Below, in pieces: positions 16,136-24,658 of a stretch of DNA of 64,000 nucleotides (position 1 is the stretch's first letter; every line of letters begins with the position of its first letter). The translations under genes and the position numbers were made by a program. The stretch covers positions 73,296 to 137,295 of the forward strand of contig CAUUCP010000001.1 of NCBI GenBank assembly GCA_963543925.1, written 5' to 3'. The notes beneath the pieces were generated by a model, which was not told the DNA's origin, searched no databases, and worked only from the letters and a program-made list of their open reading frames with translations. Origin of the DNA: an uncultured Bacteroidia bacterium. Its GTDB lineage: Bacteria > Bacteroidota > Bacteroidia > Bacteroidales > CAJPTX01.

Positions 16136-18610
16136 CTAATCCTGCGCATTGTGTTTCACACGATCTCGCTCCTCAGCTTGCTTGGCATTGTTCCAGCTTT
16201 CTAAGTTGCCAGTCAAGTAGCCTGTAATACGACGAATGCGCGAGATCTGATCCGAGCCACATACAGGACACTTGTCCAAGATTACACCACGGAAACCACA
16301 TCCACGACAGGTATCTACGGGGTGATTTATCGACCCATAGCCAATCCCATTGTCGATCATCGTTTTTACAACAGTCGCAATGACGCTAGAGTTTTTCTTT
16401 GCCTCACCATCTAGTTCTACGTAGGTGATGTGCCCGCCAAGCGTTAGGGCATGGAAGGGAGCTTCCTTCCGAATCTTCTCTTGGATGCTAATTGGCTCTC
16501 GTACGTCAATATGGAAGGAATTGACGTAGTATTCACGATCCGTCACCCCGGGGATTACTCCGAACTTCTCCCTATCCATGCGGGTAAAGCGTCCAGAGAG
16601 CCCTTCGGCTGGTGTTGCGATCACGGAGTAGTTCAGATGATAACGCTCCTTGTATTCTCGTGCGACGCGATTCATGAGTTGTAGAGCCTCGTAGAGCGTA
16701 TCCCACGACTTTTGATTCTTGCCATGCCCCTCGCCAAAGAGTGCCACCATGGCGTTATGCCCGCCAATAAAGCCGATAGCTAGCGTCCCCTGTGTGATAA
16801 CCTCAGCCACGTGCTCCTCGGGCTTTAATGCCCCGCCTCCCTTCCAAACATCGTTGGTCATCATGAAGGGGAATTGGAAGGCATACGCGGTCTGCTGGAA
16901 ACGGAAGCGTTCGTAGAGCTGGTCTGCGACCAAGCGACTCTTCTCCTCCAGCTTTTCCATGAAGTAGATCTTAGCTAGGTTCTGAATCTCTTCCGAGGTT
17001 GCACCAAGACCATCACGTTCCGCAGCGCGACGCGCCTCTATTGCCAAACGAGGCATATTGATCGATGTGAAGGAGAGGTTACCACGTCCAATGGAGGTGC
17101 GAGGACCGTTGATGTTCTCGTAGACACGTGTGCGACATCCCATCGTTGCGACTTCGTGGAAGTAACGTTTGGGGTCGTTGGCATCCCAGTCGGGATCTGC
17201 GTTGAATGGCGCATCCAAGTTTAGGAAGTTGGGGAAGAGGGCATGCGCCGTGGTCTTACAAGCCTCTACAAAAAGATCGAAGTTTGGTGTTTCAAAGGTG
17301 ATCCGTCCCTCCAACGCCCCCTTCCAATCCTTGAGCGCCTTGGCTAGGTCGGCATCGCTGAAACTCACCCCCTTCTTTAGCTTAAAGATCTGAATTGGGA
17401 AGATGGGCGTCTCCTTTTTTCCGAGTCCTTCTTCCGTAGCCTTGAGCAAGGAGCGCATCAACATACGCCCTTCTGGCGATGTATCTGTGCCGTAGTTTAT
17501 TGAACTGAAGACGACCTGATTTCCCCCACGCGAGTGCATCGTATTCAGGTTGTGAAGGAAGCCCTCCATCGCTTGGTGGGTATCGCTATTGGTCTGACGG
17601 ATAGCCTCTCGTACGACGAGCTGTAACGTGAACTCCGAGAGTTGCATATCCAGCGAGCGCGTCAGTTCGTCCAGTACCGTCACCGTTGCATGATCACTCC
17701 CCAGAGCCACCTCATGCTCCCAGAGCGTTTTTCGTAGAAGCGCCGTTAGGTTCTCTACCTTTTCTTCTTCAAAGAATTGTTCCTGTTGCTGTTGGTAAGC
17801 TTGCACGATCCCTTTGGCGATGTGCTTGTGGAATGACTTGCGTACCCCTGGTGCCATAAAGAAGTCAAAGGCTGGTATCGCCTGTCCCCCATGCTGCTCG
17901 TTCTGGTTGGTCTGAAAGATGATCGTGGCCAAGGTCGCATAGCTGTGGATGCTCTGCGGGGGGCGTACCGAACCATTCTTGGTTAGGAAGCCATGCTCAT
18001 AGAGTGCTCCCAGATCATACTGGAGGCATGTTGTGGTCTTTGTGGGGTAATAATCGAGGTCGTGGATGTGGATCTCTCCTGTCTCATGTTCTCTCCCATA
18101 CAGAGACTTCAGACGTCCACTCACTGCGTCTTTGCGTGCGAGCTCGGAAGCAAAGGTCATCATCTGACCGGCAGGCGTGTGTGCCGACATGTTGGCATTG
18201 CTCCGATTGAGCTCGCAAGGGACGACGTTCACGATCTGGTCAAACATCCCCTTCAAGTTCATGCGTTCCCATCGTGCGAGATCGCGATCGTGACGGTAGT
18301 GAATGTAGCGTTGCGCTACATGTGGGTTAAAGCGCATGAGCTCGTGCTCTACACGATCCTGAATCTGTTCCACGGTCAGGCGTCCTGACATGCAAATCTC
18401 GGCACTGACGTTACGTACGATAACGTTGATGACGGAAAGATCGGGTTTCAGACCGTCAGCTACGTAAGACTTGCTGATCGCATTCTCTATGCGACTTGTA
18501 TCAAAAGGGACTTCCGTACCATCTCGTTTGACAACTGTGTACTGCGAAAGCGTAGACATAGGTTCGACGGGATGGCTCGAAGGCTGAATGATTAATTTCA
18601 GAGTGTCCAT
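16136..18610 (-). CDS. nrdD: anaerobic ribonucleoside-triphosphate reductase (class III)
   Basis: 824 aa with an ATP-cone N-terminus (VVKRDGTEVPFD), a C-terminal Zn site CRGC...CPVC and the glycyl-radical motif RRITGYL. Confidence 0.9.
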   Translation of the reverse strand: MDTLKLIIQPSSHPVEPMSTLSQYTVVKRDGTEVPFDTSRIENAISKSYVADGLKPDLSVINVIVRNVSAEICMSGRLTVEQIQDRVEHELMRFNPHVAQRYIHYRHDRDLARWERMNLKGMFDQIVNVVPCELNRSNANMSAHTPAGQMMTFASELARKDAVSGRLKSLYGREHETGEIHIHDLDYYPTKTTTCLQYDLGALYEHGFLTKNGSVRPPQSIHSYATLATIIFQTNQNEQHGGQAIPAFDFFMAPGVRKSFHKHIAKGIVQAYQQQQEQFFEEEKVENLTALLRKTLWEHEVALGSDHATVTVLDELTRSLDMQLSEFTLQLVVREAIRQTNSDTHQAMEGFLHNLNTMHSRGGNQVVFSSINYGTDTSPEGRMLMRSLLKATEEGLGKKETPIFPIQIFKLKKGVSFSDADLAKALKDWKGALEGRITFETPNFDLFVEACKTTAHALFPNFLNLDAPFNADPDWDANDPKRYFHEVATMGCRTRVYENINGPRTSIGRGNLSFTSINMPRLAIEARRAAERDGLGATSEEIQNLAKIYFMEKLEEKSRLVADQLYERFRFQQTAYAFQFPFMMTNDVWKGGGALKPEEHVAEVITQGTLAIGFIGGHNAMVALFGEGHGKNQKSWDTLYEALQLMNRVAREYKERYHLNYSVIATPAEGLSGRFTRMDREKFGVIPGVTDREYYVNSFHIDVREPISIQEKIRKEAPFHALTLGGHITYVELDGEAKKNSSVIATVVKTMIDNGIGYGSINHPVDTCRGCGFRGVILDKCPVCGSDQISRIRRITGYLTGNLESWNNAKQAEERDRVKHNAQD

Positions 18611-18629
18611 GGCGTTTAATTTACGGTGA

Positions 18630-18637
18630 CAAAGCTA
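18630..18637 (-). promoter_or_regulatory. candidate -7 promoter box (TAnnTTTG) for nrdD
   Basis: Minus strand tagctttg, 19 nt upstream of the nrdD ATG. Confidence 0.45.
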
Positions 18638-19116
18638 GCAAAAAGACAATCCTCTCCCCGCTTTTGTTGAGACAAATACCCATAAAAAGTAACGAACAAG
18701 AACCTACACTCCTTGCCCGATCTTGCTAAATATCCTACTAGCAAAGTACTTCCCTATGGATGCTGTGGGGAAAATTGGGTAGTGAAAAATTGCACCAGAC
18801 GCACCCTTCAGAAATCCTAAAGAAAATCCCAGCGCGGAGAGAAAATGACTACCGTCCGAGCAACGCTAGCGGGCGGAATCATACCCAGTTTGAGAGATAC
18901 TTGCTGGGGATGAGAAAAGCCATTCTGCATCACAAGATTATTATACATTGCTGTGTTAATACAATGAACAAAGAGCTCTTGGTCACCTATTTATACGACA
19001 CTATTTGCGTATTAACGAATCGATAAAAAAAGAGACTACTACTGGGGATTGTCTCGCATTTCATCTCTATTTTACTAACTCCCCAATGCTCTTTTTTCCC
19101 TCTAAGGACAATTGCC

Positions 19117-19124
19117 TACTTTTG
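19117..19124 (+). promoter_or_regulatory. candidate -7 promoter box (TAnnTTTG) for the lipoprotein-lpxH pair
   Basis: tacttttg lies 16 nt upstream of the ATG at 19140. This supports the trimmed start. Confidence 0.45.
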
Positions 19125-19139
19125 GTACATAAAAGCAAT

Positions 19140-19871
19140 ATGATGCGAATCTACTTTTTCGGTCTTCTTTTTTTCCCCCTTTTCTTTGGCATGGCTTGTC
19201 GTCCCGCACCGAAAACTACGCTCTGCGTGCAAGATGCCACACAGCATCCTTGTAGTTTCGAGTATGCCATCCTCCGACGCCCCTACACCCCTACGGACTC
19301 CACTTCCCGAGTCCACTACCTCCCTCACGACTCCACTATGCTCACCCTTCATCTTCAGGAGCCTACCTTCGTCGCTGTCCGTACCCACAATACAGAACAG
19401 ATCTACCTCCTCCTTCTCGCACCTAACGAGAATGCCCACCTCGCAGTGCGCCCACGAGGTTATCATGTGACGGGCTCTGTAGAGAGTGCTCGCCTGCTGG
19501 GGATCTACCAGATCTTACAATCGTTTAACGACTCTGTGGCTTGGCTCAATCAACGACAAGCTTGGGTCACGCTACGGGACACTCTCCCCCTCTCTGGCGA
19601 GTGCCCCTCCCCCTACGAACCATTTCGGGCTGCCTATGACTCTTTGCGTATACGCGCCCAAGAAGGCCTCATACGCTTCATTATAGAGAATCCTTACTCC
19701 AAGGCTAACCTTCTCGCCTTGTCCGCAGAATTTGCCCCCAACCAGCGTTTTTTTGAAACAAACAAGCAGCGAGCCTTTGCTAGAGAAATCCTTCGTCTCC
19801 AAACAGACTATTACCAAGAGGTTGATTTTGCCCAACAACTCCTCAGAGAATATGACCACACGGATGAATAA
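19140..19871 (+). CDS. hypothetical lipoprotein
   Basis: ORF 19005..19871 trimmed to MMRIYFFGLLFFPLFFGMAC, which is a signal peptide with a lipobox Cys. No family was recognised. Confidence 0.55.
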   Translation: MMRIYFFGLLFFPLFFGMACRPAPKTTLCVQDATQHPCSFEYAILRRPYTPTDSTSRVHYLPHDSTMLTLHLQEPTFVAVRTHNTEQIYLLLLAPNENAHLAVRPRGYHVTGSVESARLLGIYQILQSFNDSVAWLNQRQAWVTLRDTLPLSGECPSPYEPFRAAYDSLRIRAQEGLIRFIIENPYSKANLLALSAEFAPNQRFFETNKQRAFAREILRLQTDYYQEVDFAQQLLREYDHTDE

Positions 19872-20658
19872 CCCTGAGCGGCAGCGGCTCTACTTTGCCT
19901 CGGACTTCCACCTAGGGTTGGAAACGGATACGCCGGCACGTAAGCGAGAGGCGATCATCGTCGCCTGGTTACGCGCCATTCGCCCTACGACCCATTCGCT
20001 CTATCTGTTGGGCGATATATTTGATTTTTGGTGGGAATATCGTCGTGTGGTGCCCAAGGGCTTTGTGCGCTTCCTTGCAGCGCTTGCCGACTTTACGGAT
20101 GCGGGAATTCCTGTCCATATTTTTACGGGCAACCACGACGTTTGGATGTTTGATTATTTAGAAAAGGAGCTCTCGGTACACGTACATCGACATGCCGAGA
20201 CCTGCTCCTTTTTCGGTCGGGAATTCTACCTCTGCCACGGCGACGGGCTAGGGGCGACCTCCCTGCCCTTCTGCTTGATGCGCGCGGCTTTTCACTCTTC
20301 ATTCCTTCAGTGGCTTTTTGCGCACCTTGTACACCCCGATGCGGCGCTGCGCTTCGGACACGCGTGGTCTCGCCATAACCGTTATGCTAAGAGTTTTCAC
20401 CACACCTTTCGTGGCGATAACGAGCCCGTTGCACAATTTGCTCACCGACACTATCGCGCGACGGGCACGCCCTTCTACCTCATGGGACACCTCCATATCG
20501 CTACCCTCCACGCTCTCGCCCCCGCTGGCGCGTTGCTTATCTTGGGCGACTGGCTCACGCAGTATACCTTCGCCTCTCTAGATGAAAAAGCCTTACGCTT
20601 AGAACAATTTCATCCAGAGGATGGGTCAACGACTCTCCTCGCCACGTTGGAGTTCTAG
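19864..20658 (+). CDS. lpxH: UDP-2,3-diacylglucosamine hydrolase
   Basis: Metallophosphoesterase motifs LYFASDFHLG, GDIFDFWWEY and GNHD. The ATG at 19864 overlaps the upstream stop (ATGAATAA); an alternative ATG is at 19852. Confidence 0.8.
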   Translation: MNNPERQRLYFASDFHLGLETDTPARKREAIIVAWLRAIRPTTHSLYLLGDIFDFWWEYRRVVPKGFVRFLAALADFTDAGIPVHIFTGNHDVWMFDYLEKELSVHVHRHAETCSFFGREFYLCHGDGLGATSLPFCLMRAAFHSSFLQWLFAHLVHPDAALRFGHAWSRHNRYAKSFHHTFRGDNEPVAQFAHRHYRATGTPFYLMGHLHIATLHALAPAGALLILGDWLTQYTFASLDEKALRLEQFHPEDGSTTLLATLEF

Positions 20659-20673
20659 GCGTCCCCTTCCTAC

Positions 20674-21498
20674 CTAATGCACCTCAGGGGGATCGATCAG
20701 CACACCTCGTGCTATCAAAACTGCCTCCCCTACCAAATATATCTTGTGGTAAAGGTAGGCCTCGTCTTCATTCACTACCCGTTCAAAACTCACCGCGAGG
20801 TGTCCACCAGGACACGTTACCTCCACTGGCGAAGGTAGGTCATATATCGCGGCTGCGACCAAGGCCACGGCCACTGCGCCCGTACCACAGGCGAGGGTCT
20901 CCCCTTCTACCCCCCGTTCGTAGGTGCGCATAGACACCCGCCCATCCTTGAGAGTATAGTAGTCCACATTCACTCCTCCTCTTTCGTCGCCACATACTGC
21001 ATGGCGCAATGGACGAGCCACTTCCTCCAAATCCAACGCTTTCAAGGTCGCCTCGTCCTCACACTCCAGCACCAGATGCGGTACCCCCGTATTGAGCAAA
21101 TACCCCCCTTCTGCAGGCAACCATTCTACCACCCCATTCGTGGGTATGTGTACTGAGATGAATCCGTTGGTCAACTGAGTGCATGACACACGTATATCTT
21201 CCAGCACCAGCGTGAGTTCAGACGTCTGCAGGCGCTCAAACAAATACGCACTCACACACCGAGCTCCATTGCCACACATCCGAGCCCTACTGCCATCGGA
21301 GTTGTAAAAGGCCACCTGGCACTCACACCCATTCACCTCTTGTACTAAGAAAAGACCGTCTGCTCCCACGCCATAATGGCGGTCACAAAACTTGCGTACG
21401 ATATCCTCTATCGTCCCATAGGTAGGCAATAGGGTGTCCTGCGATAGGATGATGAAGTCATTCCCAGCACCGTGGTACTTTTCGAAAAATAGATGCAT
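20674..21498 (-). CDS. dapF: diaminopimelate epimerase
   Basis: N-terminus FEKYHGAGNDFIIL with two catalytic-Cys contexts (MCGNGARC, ACGTGA). The start is trimmed to the ATG overlapping the parC stop (TAATG). Confidence 0.85.
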   Translation of the reverse strand: MHLFFEKYHGAGNDFIILSQDTLLPTYGTIEDIVRKFCDRHYGVGADGLFLVQEVNGCECQVAFYNSDGSRARMCGNGARCVSAYLFERLQTSELTLVLEDIRVSCTQLTNGFISVHIPTNGVVEWLPAEGGYLLNTGVPHLVLECEDEATLKALDLEEVARPLRHAVCGDERGGVNVDYYTLKDGRVSMRTYERGVEGETLACGTGAVAVALVAAAIYDLPSPVEVTCPGGHLAVSFERVVNEDEAYLYHKIYLVGEAVLIARGVLIDPPEVH

Positions 21499-24170
21499 TA
21501 TTCGTCGCTTTCTTTTGGTAAAACTTCTTTTGGAGAAAGGGGTTCTGGTGTATTCTGTGTTTTCTCTGCCTCCACTGGTGTCAACCATACGATGGAGCTT
21601 ACCTCATACGTGGTGAGACGTTTTCCACGCGCTTTATACCCTTTTATGCCGATGAAGGTTTCCACCTCCACCTCCTCAGGGGCTCGGTGTTGATGCTTGC
21701 CACCAAAGCGAATCTCCAAACGCGGGTGTTCCTCTGCACTCAACAATACTAGCCGGGATTGGGCATGCTCCCCTATCAACGAACGTGGAATAGCACTCTC
21801 CTCCAGTACAAAACGCTTCAAGTAATAGAACCCTTGTTCTGCATCCCAAAACACAAGGCTGTAGACGCGCCCGGGATTGAATTTCTCTATTCGTAAGATG
21901 CCCTCTCCGAAACGCGTTGACAGGTCAAAGCTCGTTGTCTGGTAGGTCCCGTTTTGGTAAATCACGACCAACTGATCTGCGCCAGAGAACTCCCCAAGAT
22001 AAGTTCCTCGCTCCTCGGTGTTGAGACGATCAATGTCACGGTCTATCCAAATCTTTATCCCACCCAATGTAGAGAGCCCTTGTGACTTGAGCTTGATTGA
22101 TGAGACGCGTAACTTTGTCAATATATTCCCTCGCGCATCGCGTCCACGAATCGCCAGCGTGCCAAAGTCAAAATCTATGTCCGTATTGCGAAGGCGAAGC
22201 GCTCCTGTCACATGCACATGCACGCACTCCGCCTCTCCATTTGGGTTGACACTCATATAGAGGATTTTAGCACGTGCGTCCCCGCTGGTCAGGTTATACT
22301 CTTTGTCTCGGATCACCCCTGTGATGGCACAACGCTTGACATACGAGATGCCTTTTGCATCCACATACACCACGTTGTAGATGGTGCGTTGGTCGTTACG
22401 ATTAAAAACGTTGATGTAAAGGATATCTTTGTCGAAGAAACGTTTCTCCGCAACTACAGAGATCATGTAACGCCCATCGCGCAAGATGACGATCACCTCG
22501 TCTATGTCCGAACACTCTGCGACAAATTCACCACCTTTGAGTTCGGTACCAAAGAACCCCCCCTCGCGATCTACGTAGAGTTTTTTGTTTGTGGCCACTA
22601 CGCGCGTCGCCTCTATGGTTTCAAAGTTTGTCACCTCAGTATGTCGTGGGTAGAGGGCGCCATATTTGTTTAGAATCCGCTGGTAATAGGCGATTGTATA
22701 GTCTACCAAATGTGCTAGGTGCTCGGCAACTGCGGCTAGTTGTTCCTCTGTTCGACGGAGGAGCTCGTCGGCCTTCTTCGCGTCATACTTCGAGATCCGC
22801 TTGATTTTGATCTCGGTGAGCTTCACAATATCCTCCTGAGTTATTGGACGCCGCAACAAGCCATGATAGGGTTCTAAAGAGGCCGCGATGGTTTCCAATA
22901 TTCCTTCCCACGTCGTACACTCTTCTATCGCTAAATAAAGACGTTTTTCGATAAAAAGACGTTCTAGTGAAGTGAAGTGCCATACAGCTTCCAACTCGTT
23001 GGCTTCTATCTCAAGCTCTCGACGTAAAAGCTCCTTCGTACAGTCGACCGAGTAACGTAGGATATCGCTCACACTCAAGAAGTGGGGTCGATCCTCGTGA
23101 ATTACGCATGCATTGGGCCAGATACTTATTTCACAGTCCGTAAAAGCATATAGTGCATCGAGGGTCTTGTCGACCGATACGTCAGGTGCTACGTGTACCA
23201 CGATCTCGGCAGCTGCGGCTGTGTTATCCTCAATCTTTCGGATTTTTATCTTTCCACTCTCGCTCGCCTTCCGTATGGAGTCGATAAGCTTGCCCGAGTC
23301 TTTTCCATAAGGTATCTCGCTGATAACGATTGTCCTGTGATCTTGTCGCTGGATACGTGCGCGTACCTTCACCATACCACCCCGTCGCCCGTCGGAGTAC
23401 TTGCTACAGTCGACCAACCCACCAGTCAGAAAGTCGGGGTAAAGTGTAAAAGACTCCCCACGTAGGTAGGCGATCGCGGCTTCCAAGAGTTCGTTGAAGT
23501 TGTGGGGCAATACCATCGATTTGAGTCCTACGGCTATACCCTCTGCGCCCTGTGCTAGGAGAAGCGGGAATTTTACTGGCAAGGTAACAGGCTCCTGGTT
23601 TCGCCCGTCGTAACTCTTCATCCAATTGGTGGTCTTGGGGTTAAAGAGGACCTCAAGTGCAAATTTCGACAACCTTGCTTCTATATATCGCGGCGCTGCC
23701 GCAGAGTCGCCTGTGAGGATATTCCCCCAGTTCCCTTGTGTGTCTATCAATAATTCCTTCTGCCCCAACTGTACCAGCGCATCGCCGATGGAGGCATCGC
23801 CATGAGGGTGATACTTCATCGTCTGCCCAATGATGTTGGCAACCTTGTTGTACCATCCATCATCTAACTCTTTCATCGTGTGAAGAATACGACGTTGCAC
23901 GGGCTTCAAACCATCCTGTAGGTGAGGCACGGCTCGTTCCAAGATTACGTATGAGGCGTAGTCTAAAAACCAATCCTCATACATCCCTGTCAATTGTACA
24001 CGGGGCTCGCCGCTTAAAAGCCGTTCGTGAAAGGCGAGCGCTTTGCTCGAAGGAGGTTGAGCTACCTCCTCCTCTGCCCCCTCGCCTCCAGAAGAGTTGT
24101 CCAATTTCGTTACCTCTTCGAGGTTCTCACCTTCCTGTAGTTTTTCGTCGTCTCTATACTGTTCGCTCAT
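21498..24170 (-). CDS. parC: DNA topoisomerase IV subunit A (type IIA, GyrA/ParC family)
   Basis: Motifs DGLKPVQRRIL, YHPHGDASIGDALV and AAPRYIEARL. The length and the KVANIIGQTMKYHPHGD context resemble Bacteroidota ParC. The ATG at 24170 is used; the ORF opens with TTG at 24185. Confidence 0.7.
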   Translation of the reverse strand: MSEQYRDDEKLQEGENLEEVTKLDNSSGGEGAEEEVAQPPSSKALAFHERLLSGEPRVQLTGMYEDWFLDYASYVILERAVPHLQDGLKPVQRRILHTMKELDDGWYNKVANIIGQTMKYHPHGDASIGDALVQLGQKELLIDTQGNWGNILTGDSAAAPRYIEARLSKFALEVLFNPKTTNWMKSYDGRNQEPVTLPVKFPLLLAQGAEGIAVGLKSMVLPHNFNELLEAAIAYLRGESFTLYPDFLTGGLVDCSKYSDGRRGGMVKVRARIQRQDHRTIVISEIPYGKDSGKLIDSIRKASESGKIKIRKIEDNTAAAAEIVVHVAPDVSVDKTLDALYAFTDCEISIWPNACVIHEDRPHFLSVSDILRYSVDCTKELLRRELEIEANELEAVWHFTSLERLFIEKRLYLAIEECTTWEGILETIAASLEPYHGLLRRPITQEDIVKLTEIKIKRISKYDAKKADELLRRTEEQLAAVAEHLAHLVDYTIAYYQRILNKYGALYPRHTEVTNFETIEATRVVATNKKLYVDREGGFFGTELKGGEFVAECSDIDEVIVILRDGRYMISVVAEKRFFDKDILYINVFNRNDQRTIYNVVYVDAKGISYVKRCAITGVIRDKEYNLTSGDARAKILYMSVNPNGEAECVHVHVTGALRLRNTDIDFDFGTLAIRGRDARGNILTKLRVSSIKLKSQGLSTLGGIKIWIDRDIDRLNTEERGTYLGEFSGADQLVVIYQNGTYQTTSFDLSTRFGEGILRIEKFNPGRVYSLVFWDAEQGFYYLKRFVLEESAIPRSLIGEHAQSRLVLLSAEEHPRLEIRFGGKHQHRAPEEVEVETFIGIKGYKARGKRLTTYEVSSIVWLTPVEAEKTQNTPEPLSPKEVLPKESDE

Positions 24171-24193
24171 GCTTAATCTTTCCAACTAAGGGG

Positions 24194-24201
24194 CAAAAGT
24201 A
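24194..24201 (-). promoter_or_regulatory. candidate -7 promoter box (TAnnTTTG) for parC-dapF
   Basis: Minus strand tacttttg, 24 nt upstream of the parC ATG. Confidence 0.45.
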
Positions 24202-24250
24202 AAAAGAAGTAGGATACTGTCCTATACAGGGTGGTTATGCGTCACTGGAT

Positions 24251-24585
24251 CTGGTAGGAGATGGGGGGCTTATAAATCTTTGTGTATTCCTAAATAGAGT
24301 ATACTCCCTACGGGGAGGGATAGGGTAGAGTGGGTGTAGAGTCATTTTGTCATCCTTTTGTCATCTATGTAGAGTTTATGTAGAGTTTATGTAGAGTCTA
24401 TGTAGACCCCTTGTAGACCCTGTAAATTCGGTGGGAAAACAGCCTCTATTATGCGTATTCCATTATTTCTATGCTACTTTATTTAGTAGTCTGTATAGAG
24501 ATAAACTTTAGGATTTCCTAAAGTGGTAGTGTGTAATGGAGGGAGAAAGATCGGGCGTTAGGTGGAGGAATAGGCAGCCTATTAC
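24251..24585 (-). repeat. copy B of the ~320-bp non-coding repeat element (inverted relative to copy A)
   Basis: Its reverse complement is colinear with 11981-12296. Exact blocks lie at 24518-24546 and 24418-24432. Confidence 0.85.
24323..24431 (+). repeat. phased 11-bp direct-repeat array within copy B (about 10 units)
   Basis: Units start at 24323, 24334, 24345, 24356, 24367, 24378, 24389, 24400, 24411 and 24421: gggtagagtgg / gtgtagagtca / ttttgtcatcc / ttttgtcatct / atgtagagttt / atgtagagttt / atgtagagtct / atgtagacccc / ttgtagaccc / tgtaaattcgg. Confidence 0.8.
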
Positions 24586-24658
24586 AGGCTTTTAGGAAAA
24601 AACAAGGAACTAGGGACTTTAGCTTATCGCTTCCCTCCCATCGCGCGCTGCGCACTAT

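Noticed and set aside
18811-18822. 12-mer gaaatcctaaag shared with the repeat element, suggesting a third copy
   Set aside because: No colinear similarity flanks it. A single 12-mer match between a 330-bp query and 128 kb of sequence is expected by chance.
18931-18960. dif-like recombination site (attattatacatt..tgtgttaat), considered because + and - strand gene blocks converge in the window
   Set aside because: Only about 7 of 11 positions match the XerD arm. The inverted arms are 13-14 bp apart rather than 6 bp. The similarity is not convincing.
18611-19004. Cobalamin riboswitch or NrdR boxes upstream of nrdD
   Set aside because: I found no B12-box-like core (e.g. AGUCAG..GCCACUG) in the correct order. 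I found only one weak imperfect palindrome (cacaag..n13..ctgtg), not the paired 16-bp NrdR boxes. An exact -7 box 19 nt from the ATG suggests a short leader.
18760-19026. 88-aa ORF in the nrdD/lipoprotein intergenic region
   Set aside because: It has no recognisable domain, biased composition and no promoter box or plausible start context. It is probably a chance ORF, although the region itself stays flagged as unexplained.
24323-24431. CRISPR array
   Set aside because: The repeats are 11 bp and directly abutting with no spacers, and no cas genes are present. This is not a CRISPR array.
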